Assembly: GCF_902713615.1 (NCBI RefSeq)
Contig: NC_052146.1
Coordinates: forward strand, 183,571,469-183,635,468
DNA: 64,000 nucleotides
Direction of reading: 5' to 3'
Source: Scyliorhinus canicula
Taxonomy: Eukaryota
This document shows, in pieces, positions 22,440-36,841 of the stretch. The notes under the pieces were generated by a model. That model was not told where the DNA came from. It was given only the letters and a program-made list of their open reading frames with translations, and ran no database searches. The first letter of the stretch is position 1; every line of letters starts with the position of its first letter. A program made the translations under genes and the position numbers.

Positions 22440-25400
22440 ACCCCACTCTTGATGATTCTCTCCATTTCTCTCTACATGCACTTTTGCAGCAGAAAAATGA
22501 TGGATTATATATTTCATTAAGAGTGGAAGGTATTGATATCGATTTTCTATTTGATACTGGAGCTGAACTTACCTGTGTTACTGAACAGAATGCTGCTTTC
22601 TTTCCCCTGACTTCAGAGAAAATTGAAGCTTTGGCTGCAGGAGGAGACTCTGTCCCTCTTCGGAAGACTATACCACTGCTCTTAGAATTTGGACCACATC
22701 AACTGATAGCGTCAATATGGGTAGGTCCGGTAACACAAGCACTTCTAGGTATGGACATCTTATCACAACTAAATTCTTCACTCAATTTCAATAATGGGAA
22801 AATTACCTGGCCCATTAGACACATAAAAAAAGATGAAATACAACATCATCCAATTTGGGCGATTGACAAAAATGATTGTGGTCTTTTGAAAATGGAACCA
22901 GTTACTTTCATGGGATCAGCTCCACCTTGTACCAAACAATACCCCATTAGCAAAACGTCAATTCAAGGTATTCTACCTATAATAAAACAACTTGAAGAAA
23001 GGGATATTTTAGTGCGTATTCACAGTTCATCAAACAGCCCTGTATGGCCTGTGAAAAAGGCTAATGGTACATGGCGCCTTACTATTGACTACAGAAAGGC
23101 AAATCAATTCATTGTCAGAAAAGCTCCTTTGGTGGCAGATCCGTCTACAATTTTTAACTCTTTAACTCCTGACCTTCAGTGGTTTTCAGTCATTGATATG
23201 GCAAATGGCTTCTGGTCAGTACCATTAGCTAAACAAGTACAACCATGGTTTGCTTTTACAGTTAATCAGCAACAGTACACATGGACTAGACTACCGCAAG
23301 GTTTTCACAATAGCCCAACTGTTTACCACATGGCTCTGCAGAATCACATCAGGGAACTGCCTGATCTGCCTTCAACCATTATTCAGTATGTAGATGATGT
23401 TCTGTTAGCCCCCATCAATAAAGATGACCATGAAAAGGACTTACGGGTGGTCTTGAACCACCTCAGTGCAAATGGTCACAAAGCTAGCTTTGCAAAAGCA
23501 CAAATTACCCAGGAAGAAGTTGTTTACTTGGGACAGAAAATTTCCAAAGGCAAAAGGGAACTTACTCAGAACAGAACAGCTGCCATCAAAGCAGCTAAAG
23601 AACCCTCAACTGTACAGGAAGTCAGATCTTTCTTGGGACTCTGTAATTTTAACAGAAATTGGATTGATTCTTATACTCAGTTATGCCATCCATTGAATGA
23701 TCTTCTAAAAGGAAACAGAAAATCAAAAGATCGAGTTAAACTCAATTCTGAACAAAAACAATCATTTCTGAATTTGAAAAGGTCCTGTGTTCAGCGCCAG
23801 CCTTAGGTATTCCAAACAACGGAAAACCTTTTACCATGTTTGTTCATGAAAGAGATGGTTACATGACTGCAGTACTAGCTCAAGAACATGGTGATCAGTT
23901 AAGACCAGTTGGGTACTATTCCCTTAAACTTGACAATGTGGCACTAGCATTTGGCAGTTGCTTACGAGCCATGGAAGCTACATGTCGAGCTATAATGATT
24001 ACATCTGGACTTGTTCTAGACCAAAAGTTAATCATTAAATGTCCACATTCAGTCCATTCTCTACTATCCATGAACAGAGTGTCACAAGTTACATCAGCTA
24101 GATGGACTAGATGGACAGCAGTTTTGGAAGCTCCCAACCTATATTTTCACAAAGCCAATCCTGTAAACCCATCGTCCTTGCTCCCGCTTCCCGAGGAACA
24201 AGGGAAGGGAGAGAGAGAAGTGCATGACTGTGTGAAAATAATAGAGGAAATGGAAGAAGTACGCTTAGTAGAAGAAGAGCCACTACAGAACCCAGATTTA
24301 ATCCTATTCACAGATGGTTCCTCTTTTATTGACAAGGGTATCAGGAAAGCTGGGTGGGCAGTCACAAGCCCATACGAAGTATTAGCTGAAGGAAGTTTGC
24401 CCCCAGCTACATCAGCTCAGCAGGCCGAATTAAAGGCACTTACAGAAGCATGTCATGTGGCAAGAGATAAAACTGCTAACATCTATACTGACTCCAGATA
24501 TGATCTTGGAGTAGCACATGATTTTGGCCAACTGTGGAGAAAAAGAGGATTTCTCACAACAGCAGGTACACCTATCCGAAATGGAAAGGAAGTATGAGAT
24601 CTTCTAGAAGCTATGACCTTGCCCAAAGAAGTATCAGTTCTAAAATGTAAAGCCCATACTCATGAGGACACTATGGAAGCAAGAGGAAATGCTCTTGCGG
24701 ACCAAGCAGCAAGGGAAGCTGCCTCCCTTTGTGCCTCTCATTGGCATCAGGAATCCAGTCACATTTACAAATTGGGAGTAACCACCTTATTACATGATTT
24801 ACGTGAAATGCAGAATGATTGTACAAAGGAAGAAAAATGGAAATGGTTAGAATCAGGTATTCAACCGTATGATGATGAAATTTGGAGAGAAGTTCAAACT
24901 TGTAAACCAGTCGCACCACAATCACTAATGCCCTTCTTAGCTCAACAAATTCATTCATGGGGACACATATCACCTCAACAAATGATGGATCGATTCCATA
25001 GAAGTTGGTGTGGTAAAGGATTCAAAAAACATGCACAATTGGTAACAAACAGATGTGTAACCTGTCAAAAGAATAACTTGGGTCCTATAACATCAATGCC
25101 TCAATTAAGAGCTCCTGCTCCTGCAGGTCCATTCCAGGACTTACAAGTAGATTACATCACTCTTCCTAAATGTCAACAGTACAATGACATCCTTGTAATA
25201 GTGGATAAATTCTCCAGATGGGTGGAAGCTGCTCCAGCTAGAAGAGGGACAGCTGCCCATACAGCCAAAGTGCTATGCAAAGACTTTATTCCCAGATGGG
25301 GAGTACCAGCTAGCATTGACTCAGACAATGGAACCCACTTTACAGGAGCTGTTTGTAGGGAAGTCTGTAAACTACTAAACATTAACTGGAATTTACACTG

Positions 25401-25907
25401 TCCTTATCATCCACAATCATCAGGACAAGTGGAACGTATGAATCGAACTTTGAAAGAAAGACTGTCTAAATACAGCCAGGAAGGCATGAATTGGGTCCAA
25501 GCTTTGCCAATAGTATTATGCAGCATTAGAGCAACACCAAATAGAACAACAGGCCTGAGCCCTTTTGAAATCATCACAGGCAGACCAATGTCTCTGCCAG
25601 GAACTATTGACTTGAGGAAAGCAGACTGTCATTTAATGAGTGATGCTTTGCTGTCTTACTGAAAAATCTAACAAATGCTGTTAGCTCTGCTTCTCAACAG
25701 GTGTTAGCTGCGTGGGGTGATCCTCCGGATGGTGGACACGACCTGGTGCCCGGTGAAGAAGTGTACGTCAAAAAGCTGCAAAAGGAACCTTTGGGATCAA
25801 AGTGGGAAGGTCCTTTCGTAATCCTTCTCACCACCCAATCCGCTGTTAAGTTAAAAGGAAAGAAAAGTTGGATTCACGCATCGCACGTGAAGCGCGCGTA
25901 CAAGTAA
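22427..25907 (+). pseudogene. pol: ERV pro-pol, copy 1 (PR, RT, RNase H, IN; disrupted)
   Basis: LFDTGA, LPQGF, YVDD, FTDGSS, SAQQAEL, HHCC and D,D(35)E integrase, GPF; frameshift near 23790, stops at 24595 and 25660. Confidence 0.92.
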
Positions 25908-25908
25908 A

Positions 25909-27268
25909 ATGTTTGCCGCAATTTTAATTTTCAGTTATTTGATTGACTTTGTGAATGTTGTATCAGAAATGAATAAGAACACATTCCTTTACACAGCTAA
26001 GATATATGCTGAAAACTTTAACATTTCTAATTGTTGGGTATGCATTGCAACCCCTACTAACTCAGGGGAGGGTATTCCCTTTCTAACTATTCCCTTTAAT
26101 GCTTCAGAAACAGCAGAATGGTACATCTATCAAAGTGTCCCTCGCTCTGTGGTGACCCGTTCTGGAGCATATACATGTGAAAATGGGAGGTACCAGGTTG
26201 ACATCCAAAAATCTATTAACTTATGGAAATCTGCAGGCTATCCACTAAACACCTTTTCAGGATGGCACCAACTTCAATTTAACCCTGACAAAAAACCTCA
26301 ACATCTTAACCTCCCAACTAATATTAAACAAAAAGGATCAATTTGCCTCATCAGTAAGGACCCTAAAGGGATACCAATGGGTAATAGTAATTGTACTAAC
26401 TATGTAGATGTTAACACAGCTTTTAAATGTACTAACGACCGCTTAGAAAGTTATGCGGTCCTCAAGGATAACAGGCATACCTAACCTCAGAAATAATAAA
26501 ACATTCGAAGACCAATGGCTCTTAGAATATATTTACTCATATTCTGCTTATAATGGAACTTATTTTATTTGTGATGATAAAGCATATCCCTGGCTCCCAA
26601 GATCCTGGTCAGGATCTTGCTATTTAGGATACATGGTACCTGCCATTCGTCATGTGACTAATCTCCTGCATATTTCAGAAATGACTGTTCAAAGAAAAAA
26701 ACGTTCTATCACCTTTAGAGATGCAATTTTTGCTAGAATCATTCCTTTCTATTGGGAAGTAAGGATGGAGAATGAGTTAAATAAAATAACAAACATCATA
26801 CAAGATGTGGCAGAATACACTGCCACGGCCCTAGACAAAATCTCTGACGAAATGCGAACAATTCGAACCGTGGTATTGCAAAATCGAATGGCACTTGACT
26901 ATGTGCTAGCCGAAAACGGTGGCACGTGCGCCCTGATTGGTGCAGAATGTTGCACTTACATTCCTGATAACTCTGAAGAAGTTAAAGATTTGGTATTACA
27001 TATCCAAAAAGAAATCAAAAAACTTGATCCATCCCAAGTTCTCTCTCTCTGGGATAGAATTTGCGGGTGGTTTGGACACACAGGAATGTCCATAATGAGA
27101 ATAATCCTATTCTCCTGTGCAGCTGGATTCATCATTTATATGACATACCAATGTGCTACGTGCATCAAAGAACTATTCGCTAAGCGCAGGGGACCAACTG
27201 TCAGAATGATTCACACTAACCCCACTGCACCCCCAATTGATGAATTTGAGGTGAAATACTTTTGTTGA
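25909..27268 (+). pseudogene. env: ERV env, copy 1 (gamma-type, one frameshift near 26470)
   Basis: Signal peptide, CWVC, furin site RKKR, ISD LQNRMALDYVL, CX6CC, TM helix. Confidence 0.92.
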
Positions 27269-27554
27269 AATGTTAACCGTAATATTATCAATCAATTATT
27301 TGTATAATCTATTAATACTGAATCTGTAGCATCAAATTTGACTAATTCATTCATTGTTATTTTGTAATAATGATTCTTTAAGAATTTTAATGATTATTGT
27401 TGAAATACTTGTTGCAATGCTAAGTTTCCATTCTATTGTTTAAATCTGCAATGACAATATGAATGAATTATTCTTTGCGCTTTTACCTATCCTATCGCTT
27501 TAATGATATCTTTTATCTTATTCTGATATATCTCACTTGATCTTTCGATTTATC

Positions 27555-27565
27555 AAAGGGGCGAC
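27555..27565 (+). other. Polypurine tract (copy 2 at 37129-37139)
   Basis: AAAGGGGCGAC directly before the TGTAG LTR start. Confidence 0.7.
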
Positions 27566-27920
27566 TGTAGAAGTCAGGTATTTTAAATACACTCTTTTTG
27601 ATGCGGCGATAAATCCGTTCCGCTGCTTTGTGCGCTGATTGGCTCGCCTGAGCTGGCTTGCCCCTTGTCCCGTCTGCTTCTGGTTCCCCCTCTCCCTCTC
27701 CCTTGGCTCCCTTCTGGTGTTTTTTTCTCCCCCTTTTCCGCACCCTATTTTTATTTTTATTGTCTCTTCCCTTTTTTCCCCCTCTCTTCCCTTCTTTCCT
27801 TCACCACAGAATTTTATTTATTTATTTATTTATTTCCCCCCCCCTTTTATGCAACCCCTCTCAAGTGGGCTTACTTTGGATGGGAGAGAGTGTAAAAAGA
27901 GAGAAAATAATATATATACC

Positions 27921-28812
27921 TGTAGAAGTCAGGTATTTTAAATACACTTAATATAGGTAAGTTAAATCCCAGTTTTAAAATGAAAGAAACATACAACTTC
28001 CAAACTCAGACATGTGTTTGGGAAAAACAGAACCACTGATAAAAACATCACATTCTTTCAAGGACAGGGGCTAAATCCCATGGGCTGTAAGGTGGAATAA
28101 TTAAAGGCTCCATTGTTCTGATTTCAGGCCACTTGTGATAACAGCCTGAACCACATTCCATAACGTATGCAAGCCGAAACATTTTAGACTGTGTCAAAAA
28201 ACAGTTTAAATTATAGTATGATGAGATGACATAACGTCTTAATTGTTGCAGATAAGCAACAATTGGAAGTGGCGTTGCATCGTGAGGATGGACGGCTTGT
28301 TATCAAATCAAATGTGTTTTGAATATAGCTTAAACCAATTAGGATTATATTGGGGTGTAATCGGATCGCTTAAGACAGATATGAAAGAGTATATCCATGG
28401 ATGATTTGGCCACCATTTTAGAAAGACAGAAAGACAGAGAGAAAGAGACAGAAAAGAGACAAAGAGAACAAGACAGAAAGCGAGAGAGAGAGAGAAAGTA
28501 AAGGAAGAGAATTAGAAAAGAGTTCTGTATTCCTATTTCATTTTCATACTTTGATTTCAGCCTTTGACTTTTAAAGTTGTGTTCAGGCTATTATCTCAGA
28601 AGATAATTCCTGTGATTCTTTGAAGAAAATCAAATTGTCTACAAACTACCTTTTAAATCATTTTCAAGTTGTAACCAATGAACTTCAAATAAAACAATTC
28701 TTATTTGCACCTGACAAGTTTTTAACTTGAATTTCTACTGAGTTTCAACAATGTCTCAACAACAACCGGCAACCGTAATGAGAATAAAACTTCAAAATCC
28801 TAAGATACAACA
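27921..28812 (+). repeat. LTR 2 (shared middle LTR)
   Basis: Matches LTR 1 at offset 9580; followed by PBS. Confidence 0.93.
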
Positions 28813-28814
28813 CT

Positions 28815-28830
28815 TGGCGTAGTCAGGCAG
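28815..28830 (+). promoter_or_regulatory. Primer-binding site, tRNA-Ser (copy 2)
   Basis: Identical to 19235-19250. Confidence 0.75.
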
Positions 28831-29130
28831 CGGGGGAGGAGTTCTGATTCGACCTTCGGAGAGGTTCGGAAAGCTTTGTGAGAAATCGGAGGAGGACCAG
28901 GCGACGACGGAAGCTTCGGGAATAATCGGAAGAGATCGGAAGACAGTCGGAATCCACGGCTAGTCTGGGGTAAGAAATATCTTTTTCACCCATTAAAAGT
29001 CTTAAAGCCGCATCAATCAGTGCTTCGACCCCTGAAAAGGACATTTTTATAGACTGTATTAAATCAATCAGCTGCTGGTTGTTGAGACTAACGTACCTAC
29101 ACACAAAAAGTTAAGTGAAAGGTTGAATTT

Positions 29131-32012
29131 ATGGCTGATCCAGATGAAAGTATAGATTCAGACCCTTTAGAAGGCAGAAATTTACTCCCTACGACGGTAA
29201 AAGGAGGAACTGGGATACCAGATGTTTCCATTGAAGATATGTTGGGGGATTTTGGGTCTTTCTTTCGTAAACAATTTGACCTATGTGAAACCTCAAGAAA
29301 AATTGAATCAAAGTATAATATCCGCAGAGGACAGTGGTCCTTTGATAATATCAAGAGAGCATGGGGAAAAAGCACACGATTGCACAGTGCAGAACGTGTT
29401 AAATGGTCCCTGGCAATTATGGGACAATTACGCAGACAGCAAGAGATAATTACTAAAAATAAAACTGATCATGAATATAGGACAACTAAAGACCAACTAA
29501 TTGCAGTTGTTGAAGAATTGCAAGATGCAAAAGCAAAACTTGAATCTGACGATGAAATTAGAACTGATTTGGAAAACAAAATCCAGCAGTTGCCTGTTCA
29601 AATAGCAGAAGTACAAAATCAAATTTTTGAAGTGGAATCACAAAACCAACAGCTGCAATCAAAAACTGAGCAAATTGAACTTGAAAAGTACAAGTTAATT
29701 GAAGAAAAATGTGTTTTAGAAAAAGAATTGCGAGATGCAGAATTCAGTTTTGAACAGGATGATGCCAAATTCCAACAGTTATCTGTTCTATTAGCAGAAT
29801 TCCAAAATCAAATTTTTGAAGTGGAATCAAAAAACCAAAAGCTGCAAGCAAAAACTGAGCAAATTGAACTTGAAAAGTACAAGTTAATTGAAGAAAACTG
29901 TTTTAGAAAGAGAATTGCGAGATGTAAAATCCAAATTTGAACAGGACGATGAACTTAGAACAGAATTGCAAAACAAAACTTCTAAACTCCAGCAGTTATC
30001 TGTTCAAATAGAGTTCCAAGATCAAATTTTTGAAGTAGAGTCAAAATACAAACAGTTGCAATCAAAAATTGATCAAACTGAACTTGAAAATTCCAAGTTA
30101 ATTGAAGAAAAATGTGTTTTAGAAAAAGAATTGCAAGATACAAAAGCAAAACTTGAACATTATGATGAAATTGGAACAGAATTGCAAAACAAAACTTCTA
30201 AACTCCAGCAGTTATCTTCTCAAATAGCAGAATTACAAAATCAAATTTTTGAAGTGGAGTCAAAATACCAAAAGTTGCAATCAAAAACTGAGAGAATTGA
30301 ACTTGAAAAGTACAAGGTAATGGAACAAAAATGTGTTTTAGAAAGAGAATTGCAAGATGCAGAATCTAAACTTGAACATTATGATGAAATTGGAACAGAA
30401 TTGCAAAACAAAACTTCTAAACTCCAGCAGTTATCTATTCAAACAGCAGAATTACAAGATCAAATTTTTGAAGTAGAGTCAAGATACCAAAGGTTGCAAT
30501 CAAAAACTGAGCGAATTGAATATGATAATTGCAAGTTAATCGAAGAAAGATATGTTTTTAAAAAAAGATTTAAACACTGCGACTGAAAGGGGCAAGGTCC
30601 TAAAAGACTGGATTCAAACAGCAGCTGAAGTAACACAAACTCAACAAGCAGCCCACCTAGTGGCACAATTGGCAAATGCACAGCCGAGATCAATTGTCAA
30701 GAATAAATTAATTCCTCTGCCAAATGAATCAGACGAAGATAGTGTTCCTACAAAGCGTAATACTAAATTAATTCAACTAGCCCCTTTAAAACGCAAACGG
30801 GTTAGAGTTGGAAGCAAAAAAATAGAGGAAGAAGGTGAAACTATCTCTAGAAACATATTTGATCATCAATGGACTCAGGAACCAGCAGAGCCTGCACAAA
30901 TTGACGAATGGTCCAAAAATCTCCCACATCCTAAAAAGGGTGGTATGTCCACATGGAATGGAATTAACAGATTAAAATCCATTTACAGTCTCCACCCATT
31001 TGATGGAGTACAAGTTCTGACTATCATGCTCGGTACTCGCGTAATTTCAACCCTTAGAACTGAGGTGGAATTTGCCCTTGGAGACGATTTGCAAAATTTA
31101 GACGCTGGTTGGCTAGCAATCAGGGATTGGCTATTAACATATCGCCCCCCGAGGACCGATTGGTCTAAGATCACATCTTGCATTCAAAAAAGTAATGAAG
31201 ATATTCAGGATTTTGAGGACAGATTTTTACAGACTTGGATGGAATATTCGGGAATGACACTTACAGACGAAACTGACGCATGGGATGCAAGCAATTTAAA
31301 TCCATTAAAAACGGCTTTTGTAGCCGGTGTTAAACCTGAGGTTTCTGATGCCTTGAATTTGGTTTTACCATCTTGGGCCAAAACTGGCACATACCGAGAC
31401 ATAGTTGACCGGTGCATTCAGATAGATCGCGGTTTACGCAATCGGACAAGCTCATCAGCAGTGACTAAAGCACCACCACAAAATTCAGGGCAAACATGTA
31501 CCCTGGCTCCATTAAAATCACGTAAGGAAAATATACCACAATGTCTTTACTGCGGTAAAGTAGGACACTGGATGGCAAAATGCTATCTTAAACCACGGAT
31601 GGATTCGAGAGATGATAATGAGGTAGACAATTTTCACTACAATACATTTCCACCTCGTGGTCAACCACGTAATGCGCACAAACAAGATGCACCTAGGGTA
31701 ACGTTCCAACAAGACAGACCCAGACTTACGTACAGGGATTCTAAAACCTCCCAACCTTATCCATGTGGGGAGGAACCTTATCCACGTAGGGAGGAACCTT
31801 ACCCACGTAGGGAGGAACCTTACCCACGTAGGGAGGAACCTTACCCACGTAGGGAGGAACCTTACCCATGTAGGGAGAAATCTTACCCACATGGGGACGA
31901 ACCGTACCCACGTAGGATTCTACACGATGATAACAATGCTATGAATGAAATGTTAAACAGCTGTCCTCCAGCTCAAAGACGTTCTCTGTGTGATAATTCA
32001 AAAAACTACTAG
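29131..32012 (+). pseudogene. gag: ERV gag, copy 2
   Basis: Near-identical to copy 1 but lacks its 7-bp insertion. Confidence 0.88.
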
Positions 32013-35000
32013 ACCCCACTCTTGATGATTCTCTCCATTTCTCTCTACATGCACTTTTGCAGCAGAAAAATGATGGATTATATATTTCATTAAGAGTGGA
32101 AGGTATTGATATCGATTTTCTATTTGATACTGGAGCTGAACTTACCTGTGTTACTGAACAGAATGCTGCTTTCTTTCCCCTGACTTCAGAGAAAATTGAA
32201 GCTTTGGCTGCAGGAGGAGACTCTGTCCCTCTTCGGAAGACTATACCACTGCTCTTAGAATTTGGACCACATCAACTGATAGCGTCAATATGGGTAGGTC
32301 CGGTAACACAAGCACTTCTAGGTATGGACATCTTATCACAACTAAATTCTTCACTCAATTTCAATAATGGGAAAATTACCTGGCCCATTAGACACATAAA
32401 AAAAGATGAAATACAACATCATCCAATTTGGGCGATTGACAAAAATGATTGTGGTCTTTTGAAAATGGAACCAGTTACTTTCATGGGATCAGCTCCACCT
32501 TGTACCAAACAATACCCCATTAGCAAAACGTCAATTCAAGGTATTCTACCTATAATAAAACAACTTGAAGAAAGGGATATTTTAGTGCGTATTCACAGTT
32601 CATCAAACAGCCCTGTATGGCCTGTGAAAAAGGCTAATGGTACATGGCGCCTTACTATTGACTACAGAAAGGCAAATCAATTCATTGTCAGAAAAGCTCC
32701 TTTGGTGGCAGATCCGTCTACAATTTTTAACTCTTTAACTCCTGACCTTCAGTGGTTTTCAGTCATTGATATGGCAAATGGCTTCTGGTCAGTACCATTA
32801 GCTAAACAAGTACAACCATGGTTTGCTTTTACAGTTAATCAGCAACAGTACACATGGACTAGACTACCGCAAGGTTTTCACAATAGCCCAACTGTTTACC
32901 ACATGGCTCTGCAGAATCACATCAGGGAACTGCCTGATCTGCCTTCAACCATTATTCAGTATGTAGATGATGTTCTGTTAGCCCCCATCAATAAAGATGA
33001 CCATGAAAAGGACTTACGGGTGGTCTTGAACCACCTCAGTGCAAATGGTCACAAAGCTAGCTTTGCAAAAGCACAAATTACCCAGGAAGAAGTTGTTTAC
33101 TTGGGACAGAAAATTTCCAAAGGCAAAAGGGAACTTACTCAGAACAGAACAGCTGCCATCAAAGCAGCTAAAGAACCCTCAACTGTACAGGAAGTCAGAT
33201 CTTTCTTGGGACTCTGTAATTTTAACAGAAATTGGATTGATTCTTATACTCAGTTATGCCATCCATTGAATGATCTTCTAAAAGGAAACAGAAAATCAAA
33301 AGATCGAGTTAAACTCAATTCTGAACAAAAACAATCATTTCTGAATTTGAAAAGGTCCTGTGTTCAGCGCCAGCCTTAGGTATTCCAAACAACGGAAAAC
33401 CTTTTACCATGTTTGTTCATGAAAGAGATGGTTACATGACTGCAGTACTAGCTCAAGAACATGGTGATCAGTTAAGACCAGTTGGGTACTATTCCCTTAA
33501 ACTTGACAATGTGGCACTAGCATTTGGCAGTTGCTTACGAGCCATGGAAGCTACATGTCGAGCTATAATGATTACATCTGGACTTGTTCTAGACCAAAAG
33601 TTAATCATTAAATGTCCACATTCAGTCCATTCTCTACTATCCATGAACAGAGTGTCACAAGTTACATCAGCTAGATGGACTAGATGGACAGCAGTTTTGG
33701 AAGCTCCCAACCTATATTTTCACAAAGCCAATCCTGTAAACCCATCGTCCTTGCTCCCGCTTCCCGAGGAACAAGGGAAGGGAGAGAGAGAAGTGCATGA
33801 CTGTGTGAAAATAATAGAGGAAATGGAAGAAGTACGCTTAGTAGAAGAAGAGCCACTACAGAACCCAGATTTAATCCTATTCACAGATGGTTCCTCTTTT
33901 ATTGACAAGGGTATCAGGAAAGCTGGGTGGGCAGTCACAAGCCCATACGAAGTATTAGCTGAAGGAAGTTTGCCCCCAGCTACATCAGCTCAGCAGGCCG
34001 AATTAAAGGCACTTACAGAAGCATGTCATGTGGCAAGAGATAAAACTGCTAACATCTATACTGACTCCAGATATGATCTTGGAGTAGCACATGATTTTGG
34101 CCAACTGTGGAGAAAAAGAGGATTTCTCACAACAGCAGGTACACCTATCCGAAATGGAAAGGAAGTATGAGATCTTCTAGAAGCTATGACCTTGCCCAAA
34201 GAAGTATCAGTTCTAAAATGTAAAGCCCATACTCATGAGGACACTATGGAAGCAAGAGGAAATGCTCTTGCGGACCAAGCAGCAAGGGAAGCTGCCTCCC
34301 TTTGTGCCTCTCATTGGCATCAGGAATCCAGTCACATTTACAAATTGGGAGTAACCACCTTATTACATGATTTACGTGAAATGCAGAATGATTGTACAAA
34401 GGAAGAAAAATGGAAATGGTTAGAATCAGGTATTCAACCGTATGATGATGAAATTTGGAGAGAAGTTCAAACTTGTAAACCAGTCGCACCACAATCACTA
34501 ATGCCCTTCTTAGCTCAACAAATTCATTCATGGGGACACATATCACCTCAACAAATGATGGATCGATTCCATAGAAGTTGGTGTGGTAAAGGATTCAAAA
34601 AACATGCACAATTGGTAACAAACAGATGTGTAACCTGTCAAAAGAATAACTTGGGTCCTATAACATCAATGCCTCAATTAAGAGCTCCTGCTCCTGCAGG
34701 TCCATTCCAGGACTTACAAGTAGATTACATCACTCTTCCTAAATGTCAACAGTACAATGACATCCTTGTAATAGTGGATAAATTCTCCAGATGGGTGGAA
34801 GCTGCTCCAGCTAGAAGAGGGACAGCTGCCCATACAGCCAAAGTGCTATGCAAAGACTTTATTCCCAGATGGGGAGTACCAGCTAGCATTGACTCAGACA
34901 ATGGAACCCACTTTACAGGAGCTGTTTGTAGGGAAGTCTGTAAACTACTAAACATTAACTGGAATTTACACTGTCCTTATCATCCACAATCATCAGGACA

Positions 35001-35480
35001 AGTGGAACGTATGAATCGAACTTTGAAAGAAAGACTGTCTAAATACAGCCAGGAAGGCATGAATTGGGTCCAAGCTTTGCCAATAGTATTATGCAGCATT
35101 AGAGCAACACCAAATAGAACAACAGGCCTGAGCCCTTTTGAAATCATCACAGGCAGACCAATGTCTCTGCCAGGAACTATTGACTTGAGGAAAGCAGACT
35201 GTCATTTAATGAGTGATGCTTTGCTGTCTTACTGAAAAATCTAACAAATGCTGTTAGCTCTGCTTCTCAACAGGTGTTAGCTGCGTGGGGTGATCCTCCG
35301 GATGGTGGACACGACCTGGTGCCCGGTGAAGAAGTGTACGTCAAAAAGCTGCAAAAGGAACCTTTGGGATCAAAGTGGGAAGGTCCTTTCGTAATCCTTC
35401 TCACCACCCAATCCGCTGTTAAGTTAAAAGGAAAGAAAAGTTGGATTCACGCATCGCACGTGAAGCGCGCGTACAAGTAA
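32000..35480 (+). pseudogene. pol: ERV pro-pol, copy 2
   Basis: Same translated ORFs and lesions as copy 1 at offset 9573. Confidence 0.92.
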
Positions 35481-35481
35481 A

Positions 35482-36841
35482 ATGTTTGCCGCAATTTTAA
35501 TTTTCAGTTATTTGATTGACTTTGTGAATGTTGTATCAGAAATGAATAAGAACACATTCCTTTACACAGCTAAGATATATGCTGAAAACTTTAACATTTC
35601 TAATTGTTGGGTATGCATTGCAACCCCTACTAACTCAGGGGAGGGTATTCCCTTTCTAACTATTCCCTTTAATGCTTCAGAAACAGCAGAATGGTACATC
35701 TATCAAAGTGTCCCTCGCTCTGTGGTGACCCGTTCTGGAGCATATACATGTGAAAATGGGAGGTACCAGGTTGACATCCAAAAATCTATTAACTTATGGA
35801 AATCTGCAGGCTATCCACTAAACACCTTTTCAGGATGGCACCAACTTCAATTTAACCCTGACAAAAAACCTCAACATCTTAACCTCCCAACTAATATTAA
35901 ACAAAAAGGATCAATTTGCCTCATCAGTAAGGACCCTAAAGGGATACCAATGGGTAATAGTAATTGTACTAACTATGTAGATGTTAACACAGCTTTTAAA
36001 TGTACTAACGACCGCTTAGAAAGTTATGCGGTCCTCAAGGATAACAGGCATACCTAACCTCAGAAATAATAAAACATTCGAAGACCAATGGCTCTTAGAA
36101 TATATTTACTCATATTCTGCTTATAATGGAACTTATTTTATTTGTGATGATAAAGCATATCCCTGGCTCCCAAGATCCTGGTCAGGATCTTGCTATTTAG
36201 GATACATGGTACCTGCCATTCGTCATGTGACTAATCTCCTGCATATTTCAGAAATGACTGTTCAAAGAAAAAAACGTTCTATCACCTTTAGAGATGCAAT
36301 TTTTGCTAGAATCATTCCTTTCTATTGGGAAGTAAGGATGGAGAATGAGTTAAATAAAATAACAAACATCATACAAGATGTGGCAGAATACACTGCCACG
36401 GCCCTAGACAAAATCTCTGACGAAATGCGAACAATTCGAACCGTGGTATTGCAAAATCGAATGGCACTTGACTATGTGCTAGCCGAAAACGGTGGCACGT
36501 GCGCCCTGATTGGTGCAGAATGTTGCACTTACATTCCTGATAACTCTGAAGAAGTTAAAGATTTGGTATTACATATCCAAAAAGAAATCAAAAAACTTGA
36601 TCCATCCCAAGTTCTCTCTCTCTGGGATAGAATTTGCGGGTGGTTTGGACACACAGGAATGTCCATAATGAGAATAATCCTATTCTCCTGTGCAGCTGGA
36701 TTCATCATTTATATGACATACCAATGTGCTACGTGCATCAAAGAACTATTCGCTAAGCGCAGGGGACCAACTGTCAGAATGATTCACACTAACCCCACTG
36801 CACCCCCAATTGATGAATTTGAGGTGAAATACTTTTGTTGA
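35482..36841 (+). pseudogene. env: ERV env, copy 2
   Basis: Same translation and frameshift as copy 1. Confidence 0.92.

Noticed and set aside
25729-25821. Upstream ATG in frame with env as an extended leader or accessory gene
   Set aside because: Several in-frame stops before 25909, and it overlaps the integrase C-terminus.
25909-27268. Domesticated syncytin-like env
   Set aside because: Frameshift in SU in both copies; no better preserved than pol.
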